The notes below the pieces were generated by a model, which was not told the origin of the DNA, ran no database searches, and was given only the letters and a program-made list of their open reading frames with translations. The translations under genes and the position numbers were made by a program. This document shows positions 62,810 through 64,000 of a DNA stretch of 64,000 bases, piece by piece. This DNA is from Nitrososphaeria archaeon (GTDB taxonomy: Archaea > Thermoproteota > Nitrososphaeria > JACIWG01), in contig CAVVXT010000003.1 of the NCBI GenBank assembly GCA_963752255.1, positions 96,001 through 160,000 of the forward strand, written 5' to 3'. Every line of letters begins with the position of its first letter. Position 1 is the stretch's first letter.

Positions 62810-63559
62810 TCATAATTTATCATAATCAAAGTATAATGTATTATACGCCTTTATTACGTGATCGATGGCATCTTCTCTTTTTCCTTGTAGGATCAAATTT
62901 TTTGCGGAATCATATTCTTCCATCGCAATTTCGAAGCCGGGTTTACCTTTTGAAATCTGGATCAGTTGACTGACTAGGAGAAGCATTTCATCCAAGTATG
63001 TATTGTTGAGAAAATTAAGTTTTTCATAGTACTTGATTTTGTCCCTAAAGCCCTTAAATGGCTCTTTTTCAGAAGGCAGCTCTGCCAGCCTTTGTCCTGA
63101 CGTAAAAATGGATTCAATAACTTGTTCGAAGTTAAACCTAGACACCGGCGTCGGTTCAATAGCTCTGAAGCCTTTGTGATAGAAGAAACGATATATGTTC
63201 TGCACAGCCGAGCATAGGCCTGTACCAGTTCCACCCGCAACCGATATTCCAATCCCATATTTTCCTTTTGAATTGGATATTCTAACAGTATCCATGAAAT
63301 TTTTCGTCAAACCATTGATTAAACCCCAATAGACGGGTGCACCGATGACAATAGCATCTGCTCCTTCGCATAAGGAATTCAACTCTTCAGGGCAGACAGC
63401 TTCTTCCGTGTATACTGGAACATCATAATCGATTAAGTATATCTTCTTAACTTCTGTACCCTTTGATTTAACGCCTTCTAAACATCTACTAACTAGCTGA
63501 TCGGTCAGTTTCCCCTTTCTTGGACTTCCAATGATGCCTATAACCTTCTTTAACGTCAT
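62810..63559 (-). CDS. Flavodoxin/NADPH-dependent FMN reductase family protein with helical C-terminal extension
   Basis: GSPRKG..T..L, AD.IV.G.PVYW, K.FMD, VAGG.G.G. Confidence 0.85.
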   Translation of the reverse strand: MTLKKVIGIIGSPRKGKLTDQLVSRCLEGVKSKGTEVKKIYLIDYDVPVYTEEAVCPEELNSLCEGADAIVIGAPVYWGLINGLTKNFMDTVRISNSKGKYGIGISVAGGTGTGLCSAVQNIYRFFYHKGFRAIEPTPVSRFNFEQVIESIFTSGQRLAELPSEKEPFKGFRDKIKYYEKLNFLNNTYLDEMLLLVSQLIQISKGKPGFEIAMEEYDSAKNLILQGKREDAIDHVIKAYNTLYFDYDKL

Positions 63560-63679
63560 ATTTCTCTTAAAGTCTCGACAACTTGCACTATATAGATTTT
63601 TTCAAAAAAGTTTTATAATATAACTACTATATTGATGTAAGTTGGAAATCTCACAGGTATAGCACGAAGGACTGATTGA

Positions 63680-64000
63680 CTAAACCTTATTATTTCGAGA
63701 GATGAAGTCTTCCTTATCACCTGATAGTTGGTAAATATATGCTCCAATTTCTACCTTCCCTTCTCTTCTAAGTTTAGAAACGAGCCAAGACAATAAGCTA
63801 AATTGTTCTACTGTAAGTGGTGGGTCCTTATAACGTGATGGATCGCTGAAGACCCATTCACCTTCTCCCTGCTTATATGCCTTCCAAGGAAGCACGCTAA
63901 GGGCGGGTTCTTGAGCTTGTTGTGATATTATACTGGGCTGGAAGCTCTGTTCAGACTGGGATGTAGGAACAGGAGAAGGTTTTGTCTTCCTTAATCCTAA
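63680..64000 (-). CDS. Partial hypothetical protein (continues beyond the window)
   Basis: Frame is open to the window edge: P/Q/S-rich linker then LPWKAYKQGEGEWVFSD...GKVEIGAYIYQLSG. Confidence 0.6.
   Translation of the reverse strand, partial: LGLRKTKPSPVPTSQSEQSFQPSIISQQAQEPALSVLPWKAYKQGEGEWVFSDPSRYKDPPLTVEQFSLLSWLVSKLRREGKVEIGAYIYQLSGDKEDFISRNNKV

Noticed and set aside
8499-63258. Many antisense ORFs overlapping identified genes (e.g. 8499-9134, 21870-22508, 27758-28348)
   Set aside because: Shadow frames of well-supported genes on the opposite strand.

Overview
AT-rich archaeal chromosomal region. GGTGA/GAGGTGA ribosome-binding sites, TATA-like promoters, deoxyhypusine synthase, AMP phosphorylase and a DUF2139-like gene point to a TACK/Thermoproteota-type archaeon; the exact lineage cannot be determined by eye. 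It holds about 65 mostly metabolic genes: a his operon (G-D-C-HAD-B-H-A-F-I), scattered sugar-acid catabolism genes, nadE, adk, acdA and a LeuC/LeuD-family pair. No rRNA, tRNA, CRISPR array or transposase was recognised. Most notable observations: (1) three intergenic copies of a 22-bp palindrome that is also a 12-bp tandem repeat (TCAAGCTTGATATCAAGCTTGA); two of them bracket (2) a free-standing LAGLIDADG protein with apparently substituted catalytic residues and a C-terminal HTH, possibly a domesticated DNA-binding protein; (3) a HisI-phosphoribosyltransferase fusion in a his operon lacking hisE; (4) many truncated neighbour-gene relics between genes, suggesting piecemeal gene capture or deletion; (5) about 13 single-base frameshifts, most likely sequencing errors. 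All product calls come from recalled motifs, not database searches.
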